NCBI GenBank assembly: GCA_021735655.1 | Contig: JAIPGM010000012.1 | Span: 1 to 46,251 of the forward strand | Origin: Candidatus Omnitrophota bacterium | GTDB taxonomy: Bacteria; Omnitrophota; Gorgyraeia; Duberdicusellales; 4484-171 | DNA: 46,251 nt | Direction: 5' to 3' | Shown: piece after piece, positions 16,829 to 29,668 of the stretch | How positions within the stretch are numbered: position 1 is the first letter of the stretch | Layout: the number at the start of each line of letters is the position of its first letter | Program-made: the position numbers and the translations under genes | Notes under the pieces: generated by a model | Database searches by the model: none | Told to the model about the DNA's origin: nothing | What the model saw: only the letters and a program-made list of their open reading frames with translations

Positions 16829-19800
16829 TTGAAAAAAGCAAAAAAGCTGTCGTTTGCTAAGATTAAGAAGAGTGCTTCGATGCCGCATTTCCTTGAGCAT
16901 CAGAGGCGTTCTTTTAGTGAGTTCTTGCAATCAGATGTAGTGCTTGAAAAAAGAAAAGCTGTTGGTCTTCAAGAGATTCTTCAGGAAGTCTTTCCAATGG
17001 AAAGTCCGGATAAACAATATCGCCTTGAATATGTTTCTTATTCCTTGAGTCGACCACGATATGGCGTTGAAGAATGTAAACGACGCTCACAAACTTATGC
17101 TGCTTCATTGAGAGTCCGTTTGAGACTTATTGATCCTTCATCTTCAGTGAAAGAGCAGGAGATTTACTTGGGAGATATTCCATTAATGACCGAGACAGCT
17201 TCCTTTATAATTAATGGAGACGAAAGGGCGATCATCAGCCAGTTGCAGCGTTCACCTGGTGTATTTGTTGAGGAGGAGACTCATCCTACTGGAAAACGTA
17301 TCTATTATTCTCGAGTTATTCCTTACCGTGGATATTGGCTCGAGTTCAGAACCGACATAAACGACACTATAACTGCCATAATTGATCGTCGAAAGACTTT
17401 TCCGGCCACTCAAATTTTAAGAATAATGGGGCTATCTTCAAATGATGATATCTATGCTAAATTTTCTGATAAACCTTATCCAGAAATAGTTAATACTGTT
17501 AAAAAAGATACAACCAACAATAAAGAAGAAGCTTATCTCGATTTTTATAAAAAGATGCGTCCTACTGAGCCAATAACTTTAGAAGCGGCCAAGGAAGTAT
17601 TTAGAAGAATGTTTCTTGATGGACGTAGATACGATTTAGGAAAGGTTGGCCGTTACCTAATGAATAAGAAGTTGAAAATGGACATTTCGCTTAGTAAAAG
17701 AACTTTAGATTTGCCGACTATAGTTGAGATCATAAAGTCTTTATTGGCAGTTAAAGCTGGTAAAAGAGAAACTGACGACATTGATCATCTTTCAAATCGT
17801 CGTGTAAAGTTGATTGGCGAACTTCTTCAGCATCAAGTACGTGTGGGCCTCTTGCGTGTTGAGAGAACTTTTATGGAGCGTTATTCGCTGATAGCTTCTA
17901 ATGATTTTTCGATCCAGCACCTTATAAACTCTCGTGCTTTTTCTACTCAAATTCAGGATTTCTTTGCTCGTTCACCGCTATCTCAGTTTATGGATCAGAC
18001 AAATCCCTTAGCAGAAATAACTCACAAAAGGCGTCTTTCGGCAATGGGCCCCGGCGGTCTTTCTCGCGAGCGGGCTGGTTTTGAAGTTCGCGACGTTCAC
18101 CCTACGCATTATGGAAAAATTTGTCCAATCGAAACGCCAGAAGGAGCAAATATTGGATTGCTTTCTTCCTTAACTACCTATTCACGAATTAATCCTTTAG
18201 GGTTTTTGACGACGCCTTATCGAAAAGTTGATGGAGGGGTAGTTAGTGAGAAGATTGATTACCTAATGAGCGATGAAGAAGAAAACAGGGTTATCGCTCA
18301 AGTATCAGCGAACATTGGCGATGATGGAAGAATCAAGGATAAAGAGATTTATTCTCGGTATCAAGGAAAATTCCCTAAGTTAAAACCGAGCAAAATTGAA
18401 TATATGGATATTTCTCCTCAGCAGATTATTTCAGTCTCAGCATCACTGATACCATTCTTAGAACATGATGATGCTAATCGTGCGCTTATGGGTTCTAATA
18501 TGCAGCGTCAAGCTGTGCCGCTCATGTTTCCTCAGGCACCACTAGTTGGTACTGATATCGAAGAAAAAGTAGCTCGTGATACTGGGGTTATGGTCGTAAC
18601 TAAAGAGTCAGGAAAAGTTACAGCTGTTGATGCTGCTTCAGTTACCATAGGCGATTATATTTATAAGTTAAAAAAGTTCACTCGTTCCAATGCCGATACT
18701 TGCATTAACCAACGGCCTTTAGTTAGTAAGGGTGATGAAATACGTAAGGGCAGGATTTTAGCTGATGGTATGGCTACTCAAGGTGGAGAACTAGCTTTAG
18801 GCACCAACTTGTTGGTAGGGTTTTTGCCTTGGCGTGGTTATAACTTTGAGGATGCAATTATTATTAGTGAAAGATTAGTGAAGGATGACATTTTGACTTC
18901 TTTGCATATTGAACGTTTTGAAAGCGAAGCTCGAGAAACTAGGCTTGGCAATGAGGATATTACTCGAGATATACCTAATGTTGGCGAAGAAGCTTTAAGC
19001 AATCTTGATGAATCTGGGGTTGTAAGGATCGGTGCCGAAGTTATACCTGATGATATTTTAGTTGGCCGGGTTACTCCTAAAACTGAAAAAGAGCTTTCTC
19101 CGGAAGAACGTTTGCTTCGAGCTATTTTTGGTGAAAAAGCTGCTGACGTTAAAGACACTTCCTTGCGCGTTCCTCCGGGAATTTATGGGGTAGTTACTGA
19201 TGTTGAGATATTTCAGCGTAAAGACCGGGGTCGAAAATCAAAAAAAGAAAAAACCGAAGAATTAAAACGGATAAAAGAAATTGAAAAATACTACGAAGAG
19301 GAAAAAAACCTTCTTGAACGAGAAAAGAGTCGACGTTTAAGTGCTATTTTAGGAAAAACTGAATCACGAATTGTTGTTTCTGACCTTGAGGATAGCGAGG
19401 AGGCCAGGGCTACTACAAGCATATATGATGAGCGGCTTAATGAGCTGGCTATTGAAAGAGAGTTAGAAATGGCTAAGATTAAAAAAGGTGATGAGCTTCC
19501 AGCCGGAGTTTTAAAGCGAGTAGTTGTTTTTGTGGCTATGAAGCGAAAAATTTCCGCCGGCGATAAGCTTAGCGGACGACACGGTAATAAGGGGGTAATT
19601 TCAAAAATTTTACCTGAAGAAGATATGCCTTTCTTAGAAGATGGAACTCCGCTAGATTTGCTTTTGAATCCTTTAGGGGTGCCTTCAAGAATGAATGTTG
19701 GTCAATTGCTCGAAATGCATTTGGGCTGGGCGGCAAAGAAAATGGGTGTGAGGATAGTTTCTCCGGTTTTTGACGGCGCCAAACAGGAAGAAGTTGAAGA

Positions 19801-20251
19801 GATTCTTAATAAAGCCGGATTGCCAGAGGGAGGTAAGATTACTGTTTATGATGGATATACCGGAAAACCCTTCGGGCAGAAAATTGGCTTAGGTTATATG
19901 TATATTATGAAATTAGTACATATGGTTGATGATAAAATTCATGCTCGAGCTATCGGGCCATATTCTCTTATTACTCAGCAACCTTTAGGTGGAAAAGCTC
20001 AATTTGGTGGTCAGCGTTTTGGAGAAATGGAAGTTTGGGCACTCGAGGCTTACGGAGCAGCCTTTACTCTTCAGGAGATGCTAACTGTAAAAAGTGATGA
20101 CGTTGAAGGAAGAACTAGAATTTATGAAGCAATAGTTAGGGGCGAACAAAAGTTTCAACCTTCAGTACCTGAGTCTTTCAATGTTTTAGTGAAAGAATTG
20201 CAGGGGTTATGCTTAGACGTAAGAGCCGAGAAGGAAAGGGAGAGTAAATAA
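16829..20251 (+). CDS. rpoB: DNA-directed RNA polymerase subunit beta
   Basis: Conserved β motifs throughout. Start placed at TTG 16829, 6 nt after GGAGG at 16818-16822. The track start at 16814 lies inside the SD. A lineage-specific charged insertion sits near residues 800-880. Confidence 0.95.
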   Translation: MKKAKKLSFAKIKKSASMPHFLEHQRRSFSEFLQSDVVLEKRKAVGLQEILQEVFPMESPDKQYRLEYVSYSLSRPRYGVEECKRRSQTYAASLRVRLRLIDPSSSVKEQEIYLGDIPLMTETASFIINGDERAIISQLQRSPGVFVEEETHPTGKRIYYSRVIPYRGYWLEFRTDINDTITAIIDRRKTFPATQILRIMGLSSNDDIYAKFSDKPYPEIVNTVKKDTTNNKEEAYLDFYKKMRPTEPITLEAAKEVFRRMFLDGRRYDLGKVGRYLMNKKLKMDISLSKRTLDLPTIVEIIKSLLAVKAGKRETDDIDHLSNRRVKLIGELLQHQVRVGLLRVERTFMERYSLIASNDFSIQHLINSRAFSTQIQDFFARSPLSQFMDQTNPLAEITHKRRLSAMGPGGLSRERAGFEVRDVHPTHYGKICPIETPEGANIGLLSSLTTYSRINPLGFLTTPYRKVDGGVVSEKIDYLMSDEEENRVIAQVSANIGDDGRIKDKEIYSRYQGKFPKLKPSKIEYMDISPQQIISVSASLIPFLEHDDANRALMGSNMQRQAVPLMFPQAPLVGTDIEEKVARDTGVMVVTKESGKVTAVDAASVTIGDYIYKLKKFTRSNADTCINQRPLVSKGDEIRKGRILADGMATQGGELALGTNLLVGFLPWRGYNFEDAIIISERLVKDDILTSLHIERFESEARETRLGNEDITRDIPNVGEEALSNLDESGVVRIGAEVIPDDILVGRVTPKTEKELSPEERLLRAIFGEKAADVKDTSLRVPPGIYGVVTDVEIFQRKDRGRKSKKEKTEELKRIKEIEKYYEEEKNLLEREKSRRLSAILGKTESRIVVSDLEDSEEARATTSIYDERLNELAIERELEMAKIKKGDELPAGVLKRVVVFVAMKRKISAGDKLSGRHGNKGVISKILPEEDMPFLEDGTPLDLLLNPLGVPSRMNVGQLLEMHLGWAAKKMGVRIVSPVFDGAKQEEVEEILNKAGLPEGGKITVYDGYTGKPFGQKIGLGYMYIMKLVHMVDDKIHARAIGPYSLITQQPLGGKAQFGGQRFGEMEVWALEAYGAAFTLQEMLTVKSDDVEGRTRIYEAIVRGEQKFQPSVPESFNVLVKELQGLCLDVRAEKERESK

Positions 20252-20252
20252 T

Positions 20253-23200
20253 ATGCTTGAAAACGTTGGTTTTTTCGATCATATAAGTATAAAGTTAGCT
20301 TCGCCTCAAGTAATAAAGAGTTGGTCTTCTGGTGAGATAAAGAAGGCAGAAACTCTAAACTATAGAACTTTAAAGCCTGAAAAGGATGGACTTTTCTGTG
20401 AAAGAATTTTTGGTCCGGCAAAAGATTGGGAATGTCATTGTGGAAAACTTAAAGGTATAAAATTTAAGGGCGCAAAGTGCGATCGTTGCGGAGTCGAGAT
20501 TTTACATTCTTCAGTTCGTCGTCAGCGCATGGGAATTATTGATTTAGCTGCACCTTGTACACACATTTGGTTTTTTAAAGTACTTCCTTCAAGAATTGGT
20601 GCGCTTTTAGATTTGAGTATAAAGCAGCTCGAAAAGGTCATTTATTACGAAGAATATGTGGTTATTGATCCGGGGACAACTAATTTGAAAAAAATGCAAC
20701 TTCTTAGCGAAGCTGACTATCGAAAGGCTCTCGATCAATATGGTAAGGAGTTTAAAGTTTCTATCGGTGGTGACGCTGTGAAGGAACTGCTTAAAGATAT
20801 TGATTTAGCCAAACTTAGCAAAACAATCCGTAAAAGTATTGATAAGGGAAGGGTTGGGATTAATAAAAGGTTACTTAAGCGTCTAAAGATAGTCGAGGAT
20901 TTACGTCGTTCAGGTAATGAACCGCATTGGTTAGTTTTAGATGTGCTGCCGGTTATCCCACCAGACCTACGTCCTTTGGTGCCTTTGGAAGGTGGTCGTT
21001 TTGCTTCTTCAGATCTTAACGATTTATACCGACGGGTAATTAACAGAAATAATCGTCTTAAGAAACTAATGTCTTTAGGCGCTCCTGATATAATTGTTAG
21101 AAATGAAAAACGGATGCTTCAGGAGGCTGTGGATGCGGTCATTGAAAATGGTCGTCATGGCCGTCCAGTTATGGGTCCACAAAATCGACCATTAAAGAGT
21201 CTTTCTGATATGCTTAAGGGGAAACAAGGTCGGTTTCGGCAGAATCTTTTAGGTAAACGAGTTGATTATTCTGGAAGAAGCGTTATCGTTGTTGGTCCGG
21301 AGTTAAAATTACACCAATGCGGTATTCCTAAGCAGATGGCCCTAGAGTTAGTTGAACCATTCATCATAAAAAAGTTACGTGAAAAAGGTTTTGTTCATAC
21401 AATAAAAGGCGCCCGAAGAATGGTTGAGAGAGCTAGGGTTGAGGTTTGGGATATACTTGAAGGCGTTATTACTGGTCATCCGGTTTTGTTAAATCGCGCA
21501 CCGACCTTGCATCGTTTAAGTGTCCAGGCTTTTTATCCGGTTTTAGTCGAAGGCAAGGCTATAAAATTGCATCCTTTAGTTTGTGCGGCTTTTAATGCCG
21601 ACTTTGACGGAGACCAAATGGCAGTTCACTTGCCGCTATCTTTGGAAGCTCAGGCTGAAGCAAAAATTATAATGATTTCGGTTAATAATATTTTTTCTCC
21701 TTCCGATGGTCGTCCGGTTATTGCTCCTAGCCAAGATATGATTATTGGTTGTCGCTACCTAACTATGGACAAACTAAAATCTAAAGGAGAAGGGCTTATT
21801 TTTTCTGATAGTGAAGAAGTACTTACTGCTTATCAAGATGAAGAATTAGATCTTCATGCGAAGATCAAACTACGAATTAACGAAAATGGAGAGCGAAAAC
21901 TTATCGAGACAACTACTGGAAGGGTTATCTTTAATCGAATTTTACCAATTGGATTTCGTTTTGTTAATGAACTGCTTAATAAGTTAAAGGTTTCTGAAAT
22001 TATCAGTGAGTGTTATAAATCTTTTGGCCACAGTTCAGTAATAAAACTTCTTGATGATATAAAAGATTTAGGTTTTAATTATGCAACTTTAGGTGGTATA
22101 AGTATCGCCATCAATGATTTAGTGATACCGGAACAAAAACAGGGGTGTATTGACGAAGCGACGGCAGAGTTGGCAAAGGTAGAAGATCAATATCGAAAAG
22201 GAATTATTACTGAGCGTGAGCGACATAATAAGATTATTGATGTTTGGACTAGGACTACTGACCGAGTGTCTGAATATGTTTTTAAAAACATGGATGCAGA
22301 TAATCCAGTTTTTATGATGGCTGATTCTGGAGCCCGTGGTTCAAAACTTCAGGTAAGGCAACTTGCCGGTATGCGTGGACTAATGGCTAAACCATCAGGT
22401 GAGATTATCGAAATACCAATTACCTCAAATTTTAAAGAAGGCTTAACTGTTCTAGAGTTTTTTATTTCTACTCACGGTGCACGAAAAGGTCTAGCCGATA
22501 CAGCTTTAAAAACTGCTGATGCTGGATATTTAACTAGGCGCCTAGTAGATGTTGCTCAGGAAGTTATTATTATCGAAGAAGATTGTAATACTGTAAATGG
22601 CATTACAGTTGCTGAAATTGTTGAGGGTGAAGACGTGGTGGTTCCTTTGAGGGAACGAATTATCGGAAGAGTAGCTTCAGATAATATTGTCGATATCATT
22701 AGCGATGAGGCTATTGTTAAGGCTAGTGAAGTTATTACTGAGGAAAAAGCGTTAATGATTGAGCGTCTAGGTCTAGAGAAGATTAGAATAAGAAGTGTAT
22801 TGACTTGTGAATCTGAACGCGGAGTGTGTGTTAAGTGCTATGGGTTAAATTTAGCTGCTCGAAAACCAGTAGAGATTGGTGAGGCAGTGGGAATTATTGC
22901 TGCTCAATCGATCGGTGAGCCGGGAACCCAGCTTACGATGAGAACGTTTCATATCGGTGGAACAGCCTCACGAGTTGCTGAACGCGCTTTTATCAAGGCG
23001 CGTGAAACGGGAATAGTAAGATACCATAACCTTAAGGTTGTTGCTAAAGGCAAGTACTTTGCCGTCCTTAACAGGAACGGAATGATCAGTATTAATGATG
23101 ATATGGGTAGAGAGTTGCAACGAAATCCGGTTCCTCAGGGGGCTTCAATTGTTATTGCTGAAAATGGCTCAATAGAGAAAGATAAGATATTCGTGAGATG

Positions 23201-24224
23201 GGATCCATACTCGTCTCCGGTTTTAGCTGAAGTTGGCGGTAAAGTTAAGTATGAGGATGCAATTGATAAAATTACCATACAGGAAGAGTTAAATGCTACG
23301 ACTGGAATAAAAGAGCGGGTAGTTGTAGAATTCAAAGGAGACTATCATCCTCAAATTTTAATCCTTTCTGAAAAGGAAGAAGTATTGGGAATATATCCTT
23401 TATCGACTGGGGCTCACATAATGATTGAGGAAGGTGGCGTAGTTGAGCCTGGAGATGTTATTGCAAAAACTCCACGTTTAGTTGCTAAAACTAGAGATAT
23501 TACTGGTGGTTTGCCTAGGGTAGCTGAACTTTTTGAGGCTCGACGGCCTAAAGATCCAGCGGTTATTAGTGAAATTGATGGTTTTATTGAATTTGCTGAG
23601 ATAGCTGGAGAAAGAAATGTTATTGTTCGCAGCCCTACTGGCATGAAGCGAGAATATGCAATTCCTGCCGGAACGCATCCAATAGTTTATCGTGGGGACC
23701 AAGTAGTTGCTGGACAACAGCTAACTGAAGGTCCGATAGTTTTACAGGATATTTTGCGAGTTTGCGGCGATAAGGTTTTGCAGGAACATTTAGTTAATGA
23801 GATACAAGAAATTTATCGACTTCAGGGGGTACGGATTAATGATAAGCATATTGAGGTAATTACTCGCGAAATGCTAAAGAAAGTAAGAATAATTGATTCC
23901 GGCGATAGTGAATTTTTACCCGGTGAAGCAGTTGACAAATGGGATTTTCGTAAAGAAAATGAGAAGATCATCAAAAAAGATGGTAAGCCGGCTACGGCTG
24001 CACCGCTTCTTTTAGGTATCACTAAAGCATCGTTAAGCACTAAGAGTTTTATCTCGGCAGCTAGCTTTCAAGAGACTACACGTATTTTAGCTGATGCAGC
24101 TACCGCCGGGAAAATTGATCGACTACAGGGATTAAAAGAGAACGTTATAGTGGGCCACCTTATACCGGCTGGAACCGGTTTAAAGAGGTACCGGGAAATT
24201 GGAGTAGAAAAATGCCAACCATAA
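20253..24224 (+). CDS. rpoC: DNA-directed RNA polymerase subunit beta'
   Basis: Zinc-binding CHCGK…CDRCGV motif. Catalytic NADFDGD motif. 1323 aa. Confidence 0.95.
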   Translation: MLENVGFFDHISIKLASPQVIKSWSSGEIKKAETLNYRTLKPEKDGLFCERIFGPAKDWECHCGKLKGIKFKGAKCDRCGVEILHSSVRRQRMGIIDLAAPCTHIWFFKVLPSRIGALLDLSIKQLEKVIYYEEYVVIDPGTTNLKKMQLLSEADYRKALDQYGKEFKVSIGGDAVKELLKDIDLAKLSKTIRKSIDKGRVGINKRLLKRLKIVEDLRRSGNEPHWLVLDVLPVIPPDLRPLVPLEGGRFASSDLNDLYRRVINRNNRLKKLMSLGAPDIIVRNEKRMLQEAVDAVIENGRHGRPVMGPQNRPLKSLSDMLKGKQGRFRQNLLGKRVDYSGRSVIVVGPELKLHQCGIPKQMALELVEPFIIKKLREKGFVHTIKGARRMVERARVEVWDILEGVITGHPVLLNRAPTLHRLSVQAFYPVLVEGKAIKLHPLVCAAFNADFDGDQMAVHLPLSLEAQAEAKIIMISVNNIFSPSDGRPVIAPSQDMIIGCRYLTMDKLKSKGEGLIFSDSEEVLTAYQDEELDLHAKIKLRINENGERKLIETTTGRVIFNRILPIGFRFVNELLNKLKVSEIISECYKSFGHSSVIKLLDDIKDLGFNYATLGGISIAINDLVIPEQKQGCIDEATAELAKVEDQYRKGIITERERHNKIIDVWTRTTDRVSEYVFKNMDADNPVFMMADSGARGSKLQVRQLAGMRGLMAKPSGEIIEIPITSNFKEGLTVLEFFISTHGARKGLADTALKTADAGYLTRRLVDVAQEVIIIEEDCNTVNGITVAEIVEGEDVVVPLRERIIGRVASDNIVDIISDEAIVKASEVITEEKALMIERLGLEKIRIRSVLTCESERGVCVKCYGLNLAARKPVEIGEAVGIIAAQSIGEPGTQLTMRTFHIGGTASRVAERAFIKARETGIVRYHNLKVVAKGKYFAVLNRNGMISINDDMGRELQRNPVPQGASIVIAENGSIEKDKIFVRWDPYSSPVLAEVGGKVKYEDAIDKITIQEELNATTGIKERVVVEFKGDYHPQILILSEKEEVLGIYPLSTGAHIMIEEGGVVEPGDVIAKTPRLVAKTRDITGGLPRVAELFEARRPKDPAVISEIDGFIEFAEIAGERNVIVRSPTGMKREYAIPAGTHPIVYRGDQVVAGQQLTEGPIVLQDILRVCGDKVLQEHLVNEIQEIYRLQGVRINDKHIEVITREMLKKVRIIDSGDSEFLPGEAVDKWDFRKENEKIIKKDGKPATAAPLLLGITKASLSTKSFISAASFQETTRILADAATAGKIDRLQGLKENVIVGHLIPAGTGLKRYREIGVEKCQP

Positions 24225-24583
24225 GTCAGTTAATCAGAAAATCAAGAGTTTTAAAACGTAAAAAAGGTAAATCACCGGCTCTACGAGGGTGTCCTCAGCG
24301 ACGAGGGGTTTGCGTTCAGGTGAGAACAATGACGCCGAAGAAACCCAATTCAGCCTTACGTAAAATCGCTAGAGTTCGTTTGACCAATGGTGAGGAAGTG
24401 ACTGCTTATATTCCTGGAGAGGGGCATAATCTGCAGGAGCATTCGATAGCCCTGGTTCGAGGAGGAAGGGTTAAGGATCTTCCCGGGGTGCGCTATCATA
24501 TAGTAAGAGGAACTCTTGACTGTCAGGGTGTACAAAATAGAAAGAGGTCACGTTCAAAGTACGGGGCTAAAAGACCTAAATGA
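24212..24583 (+). CDS. rpsL: 30S ribosomal protein S12
   Basis: [10 protein letters not shown]…[10 protein letters not shown], a highly conserved S12 sequence. Confidence 0.97.
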   Translation: MPTISQLIRKSRVLKRKKGKSPALRGCPQRRGVCVQVRTMTPKKPNSALRKIARVRLTNGEEVTAYIPGEGHNLQEHSIALVRGGRVKDLPGVRYHIVRGTLDCQGVQNRKRSRSKYGAKRPK

Positions 24584-24611
24584 TAATTAGTGGTTCATTA
24601 GGAGGTTAAAG

Positions 24612-25079
24612 TTGAGAAGAAGACGAGCGCCAAAAAGAGACGTAAAAACAGATTCGAAATACAACTCAGAAGTAGTAGGTAGTTTTATAACTATTATTAT
24701 GCGTGATGGTAAAAAGAGCACTGCTCAAAAAATTATCTACAATGCTTTTGATTTCATTGCTGATAAATTAAAGGAAGACCCTTTAAACATATTTTTTGCT
24801 GCCTTAGAAAATGCAAGACCGAGGATGCAAGTTAAACCGCGAAGAGTCGGCGGAGCTACTTATCAAGTTCCTTTAGAGGTACCTAAAGAAAAAGGAACTA
24901 CTATTGCTCTTCGTTGGATGAAAGATTTTGCTCTTAAGAAAAAAGGGAAGCCGATGGAGATTAAATTGGCGGAAGAGATTATCGCTGCTTATAAGCGCGA
25001 GGGGTCAGCGGTAAAAAAGAAGGAAGACACACATAAGATGGCTGAGGCCAATAAAGCTTTCGCTCATTTTAGATATTAA
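24612..25079 (+). CDS. rpsG: 30S ribosomal protein S7
   Basis: 155 aa S7. TTG start after GGAGG SD at 24600-24604. Confidence 0.95.
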   Translation: MRRRRAPKRDVKTDSKYNSEVVGSFITIIMRDGKKSTAQKIIYNAFDFIADKLKEDPLNIFFAALENARPRMQVKPRRVGGATYQVPLEVPKEKGTTIALRWMKDFALKKKGKPMEIKLAEEIIAAYKREGSAVKKKEDTHKMAEANKAFAHFRY

Positions 25080-25152
25080 GCTTTAAAAGATAAGGATTTA
25101 ACTAACTTTGTTAACAACGAGTAAGATTCAAGTGAATAGCACAATAAAACTT

Positions 25153-27219
25153 ATGAAGAAGAAAGGAAATTTGGAAAAAATACGCAATATTGGGTTTATC
25201 GCCCATATTGATGCCGGGAAAACTACTACTACCGAGAGGATACTTTACTATACCGGAAAGACTTATAAGCTGGGTGAGGTTCACGATGGCACAACGGTTA
25301 CCGATTGGATGGACCAGGAACGTGAACGAGGCATTACTATTACTAGTGCGGCTACTTATTGTCAGTGGAAAGACCATCAAATAAATATTATCGATACTCC
25401 TGGGCATATTGATTTTACTGTTGAGGTTGAAAGATCGCTAAAGGTTTTAGACGGAGTTGCTGTTATTTTTTGTGGAGTTGGTGGAGTTGAACCGCAGTCA
25501 GAGACTGTTTGGCATCAGGCTGATCGTTATCATGTGCCGCGAATTGCTTTTATTAATAAAATGGATAGGGTTGGTGTAGATTTTTTCGGCGTACTTGATG
25601 ATATGCGTAATAAGCTTCAGATTGCTATGGCTCCGGTTCAAATACCGATTTATAAAAATGATGATTTTACCGGGGTGGTAGATTTAATTCAGGGCAAGGC
25701 TGTATACAATCAGGGGGAATTGGGCGAAGAGATAGTCTTAGCTGATATTCCTGAAGAATTTAAAGAGTCTTCGATTAAGTACAGAGATAAGCTTATCGAA
25801 AAGCTAGCTGAGCTCGATGATGAATTTATGCATAAAGTAATTAATGGTGAACAAATAGCTCCTGAGTTGATAAAAAGCACTATAAGAAAATATGTAATTA
25901 TTAATAAATTTGTTCCGATTCTTTGTGGTTCGTCGCTAAAGAATAAGGGAGTTCAGCAACTTTTAGATGCGGTTTGTGAATACTTACCTTCACCGATTGA
26001 GGCACCTCAGGTTCGTGGCTTAACTGTTAAGTCTAGCGAGGAGCAAATTATTGAACCAGACAGTTCGGGTCATTTTTGTGGGTTGTGTTTTAAGGTTTTT
26101 ACCGATCCTTTTGTTGGTAAGCTGTTTTATGTCAGGATTTATTCCGGAAAGATAACGGCTTCAAGCATTATTTACAATGCGATTAAAGATGAGAAAGAAA
26201 AAATTTCTAAAATTATTCGGATGCACGCTAATAAACAGGAAGCAATTAATGAGGCTATGGCCGGCGATATCGTTTGTCTAACCGGTTTAAAAAACACTAC
26301 TACCGGAGATACTCTTTGTGAAATTAGACATTCAGTTATTTTAGAGGCAATAAAGTTTCCTGAGCCAGTAGTTTCTTTAGCAATAGAACCTAAGACTAAG
26401 GCTGATCAAGAGAAGCTTTTTTCAGGTTTACAGAAATTGTCAGCCGAAGATCCGTCGTTTAAGGTTAGTTATAACCGAGAAACTGGACAGAATATAATTT
26501 CCGGAATGGGCCAGTTGCACTTAGAGATTATGGTCGATAGGTTAATTCGCGAGTTTAATGTAGTGGCTAAGATCGGTAAACCGCAGGTTGCTTATAAAGA
26601 AACGATTACTCGCAAGGTTGAAGCTGTTGGTAAGTTTATCCAACAGACCGGAGGACGTGGACAATACGGTCATGTAGTTATAATGTTAGAGCCGTTAGAC
26701 AAAGGTAAGGGTATTATTTTCGAAACTAAGATAAAGTCCGGCGTAGTTCCCAAGGAGTATATTCCCTCGGTTAAAAAAGGTATTGAGGAGGCAACTGAGA
26801 GTGGAATATTGGGAGGTTACCCGGTGGTTGATGCAAAAATAACTTTAATTGATGGTTCTTATCATGATGTTGATTCATCAGAATTAGCTTTTAAGGTAGC
26901 TGGCGAGATTGCTCTTAAAGAGGCTTTAAGAAAGGCGCACCCAGTAATTTTAGAACCGGTAATGGATTTAGAGGTGATAGTCTCCGCTGAATATTCTAGC
27001 CAGGTTATTGGAGACTTGAATTCACGTCGGGCGAAGATTTCGGCCATCAAAGAGAAAAAGAATCTAAGAATGATCAGCGCTGATGTGCCGCTCTCAGAAG
27101 TTTTTAATTATGCTGATTCACTTCGCAGCTTGACACAAGGCAGAGCCTCTTATACAATAGAGCCTTCGTATTACGAGAAAGTTCCCGAGGAAGTATTGGT
27201 AAAAATATTAGGAGTATGA
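25153..27219 (+). CDS. fusA: elongation factor G
   Basis: G-domain motifs [18 protein letters not shown]. Start taken at ATG 25153 ([15 protein letters not shown]), matching the usual ~10 residues before RNIG. The track TTG at 25108 is an alternative. Confidence 0.93.
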   Translation: MKKKGNLEKIRNIGFIAHIDAGKTTTTERILYYTGKTYKLGEVHDGTTVTDWMDQERERGITITSAATYCQWKDHQINIIDTPGHIDFTVEVERSLKVLDGVAVIFCGVGGVEPQSETVWHQADRYHVPRIAFINKMDRVGVDFFGVLDDMRNKLQIAMAPVQIPIYKNDDFTGVVDLIQGKAVYNQGELGEEIVLADIPEEFKESSIKYRDKLIEKLAELDDEFMHKVINGEQIAPELIKSTIRKYVIINKFVPILCGSSLKNKGVQQLLDAVCEYLPSPIEAPQVRGLTVKSSEEQIIEPDSSGHFCGLCFKVFTDPFVGKLFYVRIYSGKITASSIIYNAIKDEKEKISKIIRMHANKQEAINEAMAGDIVCLTGLKNTTTGDTLCEIRHSVILEAIKFPEPVVSLAIEPKTKADQEKLFSGLQKLSAEDPSFKVSYNRETGQNIISGMGQLHLEIMVDRLIREFNVVAKIGKPQVAYKETITRKVEAVGKFIQQTGGRGQYGHVVIMLEPLDKGKGIIFETKIKSGVVPKEYIPSVKKGIEEATESGILGGYPVVDAKITLIDGSYHDVDSSELAFKVAGEIALKEALRKAHPVILEPVMDLEVIVSAEYSSQVIGDLNSRRAKISAIKEKKNLRMISADVPLSEVFNYADSLRSLTQGRASYTIEPSYYEKVPEEVLVKILGV

Positions 27220-27243
27220 TAGTTATATATAAGGAGGTGCAAT

Positions 27244-28446
27244 ATGGGTAAGGAAAAATTTGTAAGGACCAAGCCCCATCTCAACATTGGTACCATTGGT
27301 CACGTTGATCATGGAAAGACTACTCTCACAGCTGCGATAACTAGGGTTTTGTCAGCTAAGGGAAATGCTAAGGCGCTTAAGTTTGAAGACATTGATAAGG
27401 CGCCGGAAGAGAAAGAGCGCGGTGTAACGATTAACATTGCTCACGTTGAGTATGAAACTGAAAATCGTCACTATGCTCATATCGACTGTCCGGGTCACGC
27501 TGACTATATTAAGAATATGATTACTGGTGCAGCGCAGATGGATGGTGCAATTCTTGTAGTTGCTGCCACTGATGGACCGATGCCTCAAACTAGAGAGCAT
27601 ATACTTTTAGCGCGTCAGGTTAACGTGCCATCGCTAGTTGTGTTTATCAACAAAGTTGACGCTATGGAAGATCAGGAATTAGTTGATTTGGTAGAAGAAG
27701 AAGTAAGAGATTTACTTACTAAATATGAATTTCCTGGTAAAGATATCCCAGTAGTTCGTGGTTCTGCCTTAAAGGCATTGGAATGTGGTTGCGGCAAGGC
27801 CGATTGCACAGCTTGCAAACCAATTGAGGATTTAATGACAGCAGTTGATGCACATATCCCAGCACCAAAGCGCGATATTGATAAACCGTTCCTTATGGCC
27901 GTTGAAGACGTTTTCTCGATTTCCGGTCGAGGAACAGTAGTTACCGGAAGAATTGAGCGTGGAAAGGTTAAAGTTGGTGAAGAAGTTGAAATGGTTGGAA
28001 TCCATGAAGAAATAAAGAAAACAGTAGTTACCGGCGTTGAAATGTTCAGAAAACTTCTTGATGAAGGTCAAGCTGGCGATAACGTAGGTCTACTTCTAAG
28101 AGGAGTTGATAAAGAAGGTGTAGAGCGAGGAATGGTTATGGCTAAAATTGGCTCAATCACTCCACATAAAAAGTTTATGACTAAAGTTTATGCCTTGAAA
28201 AAAGAAGAAGGTGGTAGACATACACCATTTTTCGCAGGTTACAGACCACAGTTCTATTTCCGTACCACTGATGTGACTGGAACTTGTAAATTGCCACAAG
28301 GCGTAGAAATGGTTATGCCTGGTGATAATGTAGAGTTGGAAGTAACTTTGATTCAGCCAGTGGCCGCAGAGAAAGAATTAAGATTTGCTATTCGTGAAGG
28401 TGGAAGAACGGTGGGTGCAGGAGTAATCACCGAAATTGTAGAGTAA
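27244..28446 (+). CDS. tuf: elongation factor Tu
   Basis: [18 protein letters not shown] motifs. AAGGAGG SD at 27230. Carries an unusual CxC-x4-CxxC cluster at aa 181-191 (see findings). Confidence 0.97.
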   Translation: MGKEKFVRTKPHLNIGTIGHVDHGKTTLTAAITRVLSAKGNAKALKFEDIDKAPEEKERGVTINIAHVEYETENRHYAHIDCPGHADYIKNMITGAAQMDGAILVVAATDGPMPQTREHILLARQVNVPSLVVFINKVDAMEDQELVDLVEEEVRDLLTKYEFPGKDIPVVRGSALKALECGCGKADCTACKPIEDLMTAVDAHIPAPKRDIDKPFLMAVEDVFSISGRGTVVTGRIERGKVKVGEEVEMVGIHEEIKKTVVTGVEMFRKLLDEGQAGDNVGLLLRGVDKEGVERGMVMAKIGSITPHKKFMTKVYALKKEEGGRHTPFFAGYRPQFYFRTTDVTGTCKLPQGVEMVMPGDNVELEVTLIQPVAAEKELRFAIREGGRTVGAGVITEIVE

Positions 28447-28474
28447 TTGTTGACTATAGGTAGAGGTTAAAACT

Positions 28475-28783
28475 ATGCTTAAATTACGAATAAAGCTAAA
28501 GGCGTTCGATCATCGGATTCTAGATCAATCAGCACAGGACATTACCGAGGTGGCCTTGCGCACCGGAGCAAAGGTTAATGGACCGATACCTATCCCAACA
28601 AAGAAGAAAATTTACACTGTTAATCGTTCGACAAATACTGATAAAAAGTCGCGCGAACAATTTATGCTGGCGATTCATAAAAGGATTATTGACTTAGACA
28701 ATCCAACCGCCAAGACCATAGATGCTCTACGAAAGTTAAACCTGCCTGCAGGGGTAAATGTAGAGATTAAGCAAGAAGTGTAA
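28475..28783 (+). CDS. rpsJ: 30S ribosomal protein S10
   Basis: 102 aa S10 ([19 protein letters not shown]…). Confidence 0.95.
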   Translation: MLKLRIKLKAFDHRILDQSAQDITEVALRTGAKVNGPIPIPTKKKIYTVNRSTNTDKKSREQFMLAIHKRIIDLDNPTAKTIDALRKLNLPAGVNVEIKQEV

Positions 28784-28866
28784 TAGAGGCGCAATTCAGG
28801 AAGTATAGCTTTCCTAAATTGTATGTCTGAATTATACCTTAGAATATTATATCTGAGGTATGTAAT

Positions 28867-29664
28867 TTGGTTAAGTTTATGATTAAAGAAATTTACGGTA
28901 AAAAAATTGGAATGACCCAAACTTTTGATACTGAAGGGAACTTGTCGGCAGTAACTCTTTTGGAAGTGGAGCCAGTTTGTCTTCTTGATGAGATAAACTA
29001 CCCTACAAAAAACAGAGTTCGAATAGGTTGTTTTAAGCTGAATGGCAAGAAAGCATCTAAAGTAAAGAAGCCTGTAGCTGGCTATTTTAATAAAGTTGGA
29101 GCCGAAGCATATAAGTTGATAAGAGAAGTTGCTCCACAGGTTGGTGCTGATTTTTCTTTTCTTTCGGAGAAATCTGAAAATAAACAGCTTAATCAAGAGT
29201 CGGTAGTTAGCGTTGAACCTACTGAGGCTAAGTCAGAAGAATTGCCTAAGGAGTCGGTTGAATCAACAGAATCTAGCGAGCCTCAGGTTCAAGAAGTGTC
29301 TCAAGAAGCACCAAAAGATAAACGTCAGCTTGGGGTTGATTTATTCAAAGAGGGCGATATCGTTGATGTGCAGGCAAAAACTAAAGGAAAGGGGTTTTCC
29401 GGAGGAATGAAGCGCTGGGGATGGCGTGGCCAGCCACGAACTCACGGTTCAACTACGCATAGACGTGTTGGTTCGGTTGGAGCTTCAGCTTACCCTTCGC
29501 GAATAATAAAAGGTATACATATGCCTGGACACTTAGGTAATAAATTTAGGACAACAAAGAACCTAAAGGTTCTTAAAGTAGATAAGGATAAGAATATTAT
29601 TTTTGTTTCTGGTTGTGTCCCTGGGGCTAGAGGCGCAGTAGTTCGTGTAAGGAAAATAGGATAA
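28867..29664 (+). CDS. rplC: 50S ribosomal protein L3 (with ~50-aa acidic insertion)
   Basis: L3 core (KIGMTQTF…WGWRGQPRTHGS…). TTG 28867 sits 7 nt after GAGGT. ATG 28879 is an alternative start. Confidence 0.9.
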   Translation: MVKFMIKEIYGKKIGMTQTFDTEGNLSAVTLLEVEPVCLLDEINYPTKNRVRIGCFKLNGKKASKVKKPVAGYFNKVGAEAYKLIREVAPQVGADFSFLSEKSENKQLNQESVVSVEPTEAKSEELPKESVESTESSEPQVQEVSQEAPKDKRQLGVDLFKEGDIVDVQAKTKGKGFSGGMKRWGWRGQPRTHGSTTHRRVGSVGASAYPSRIIKGIHMPGHLGNKFRTTKNLKVLKVDKDKNIIFVSGCVPGARGAVVRVRKIG

Positions 29665-29668
29665 TTTT

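Noticed and set aside
28675-29196. 173-aa minus-strand ORF
   Set aside because: Antisense to the 3' end of rpsJ and the 5' half of rplC, both strongly supported. AT-rich read-through with no SD.
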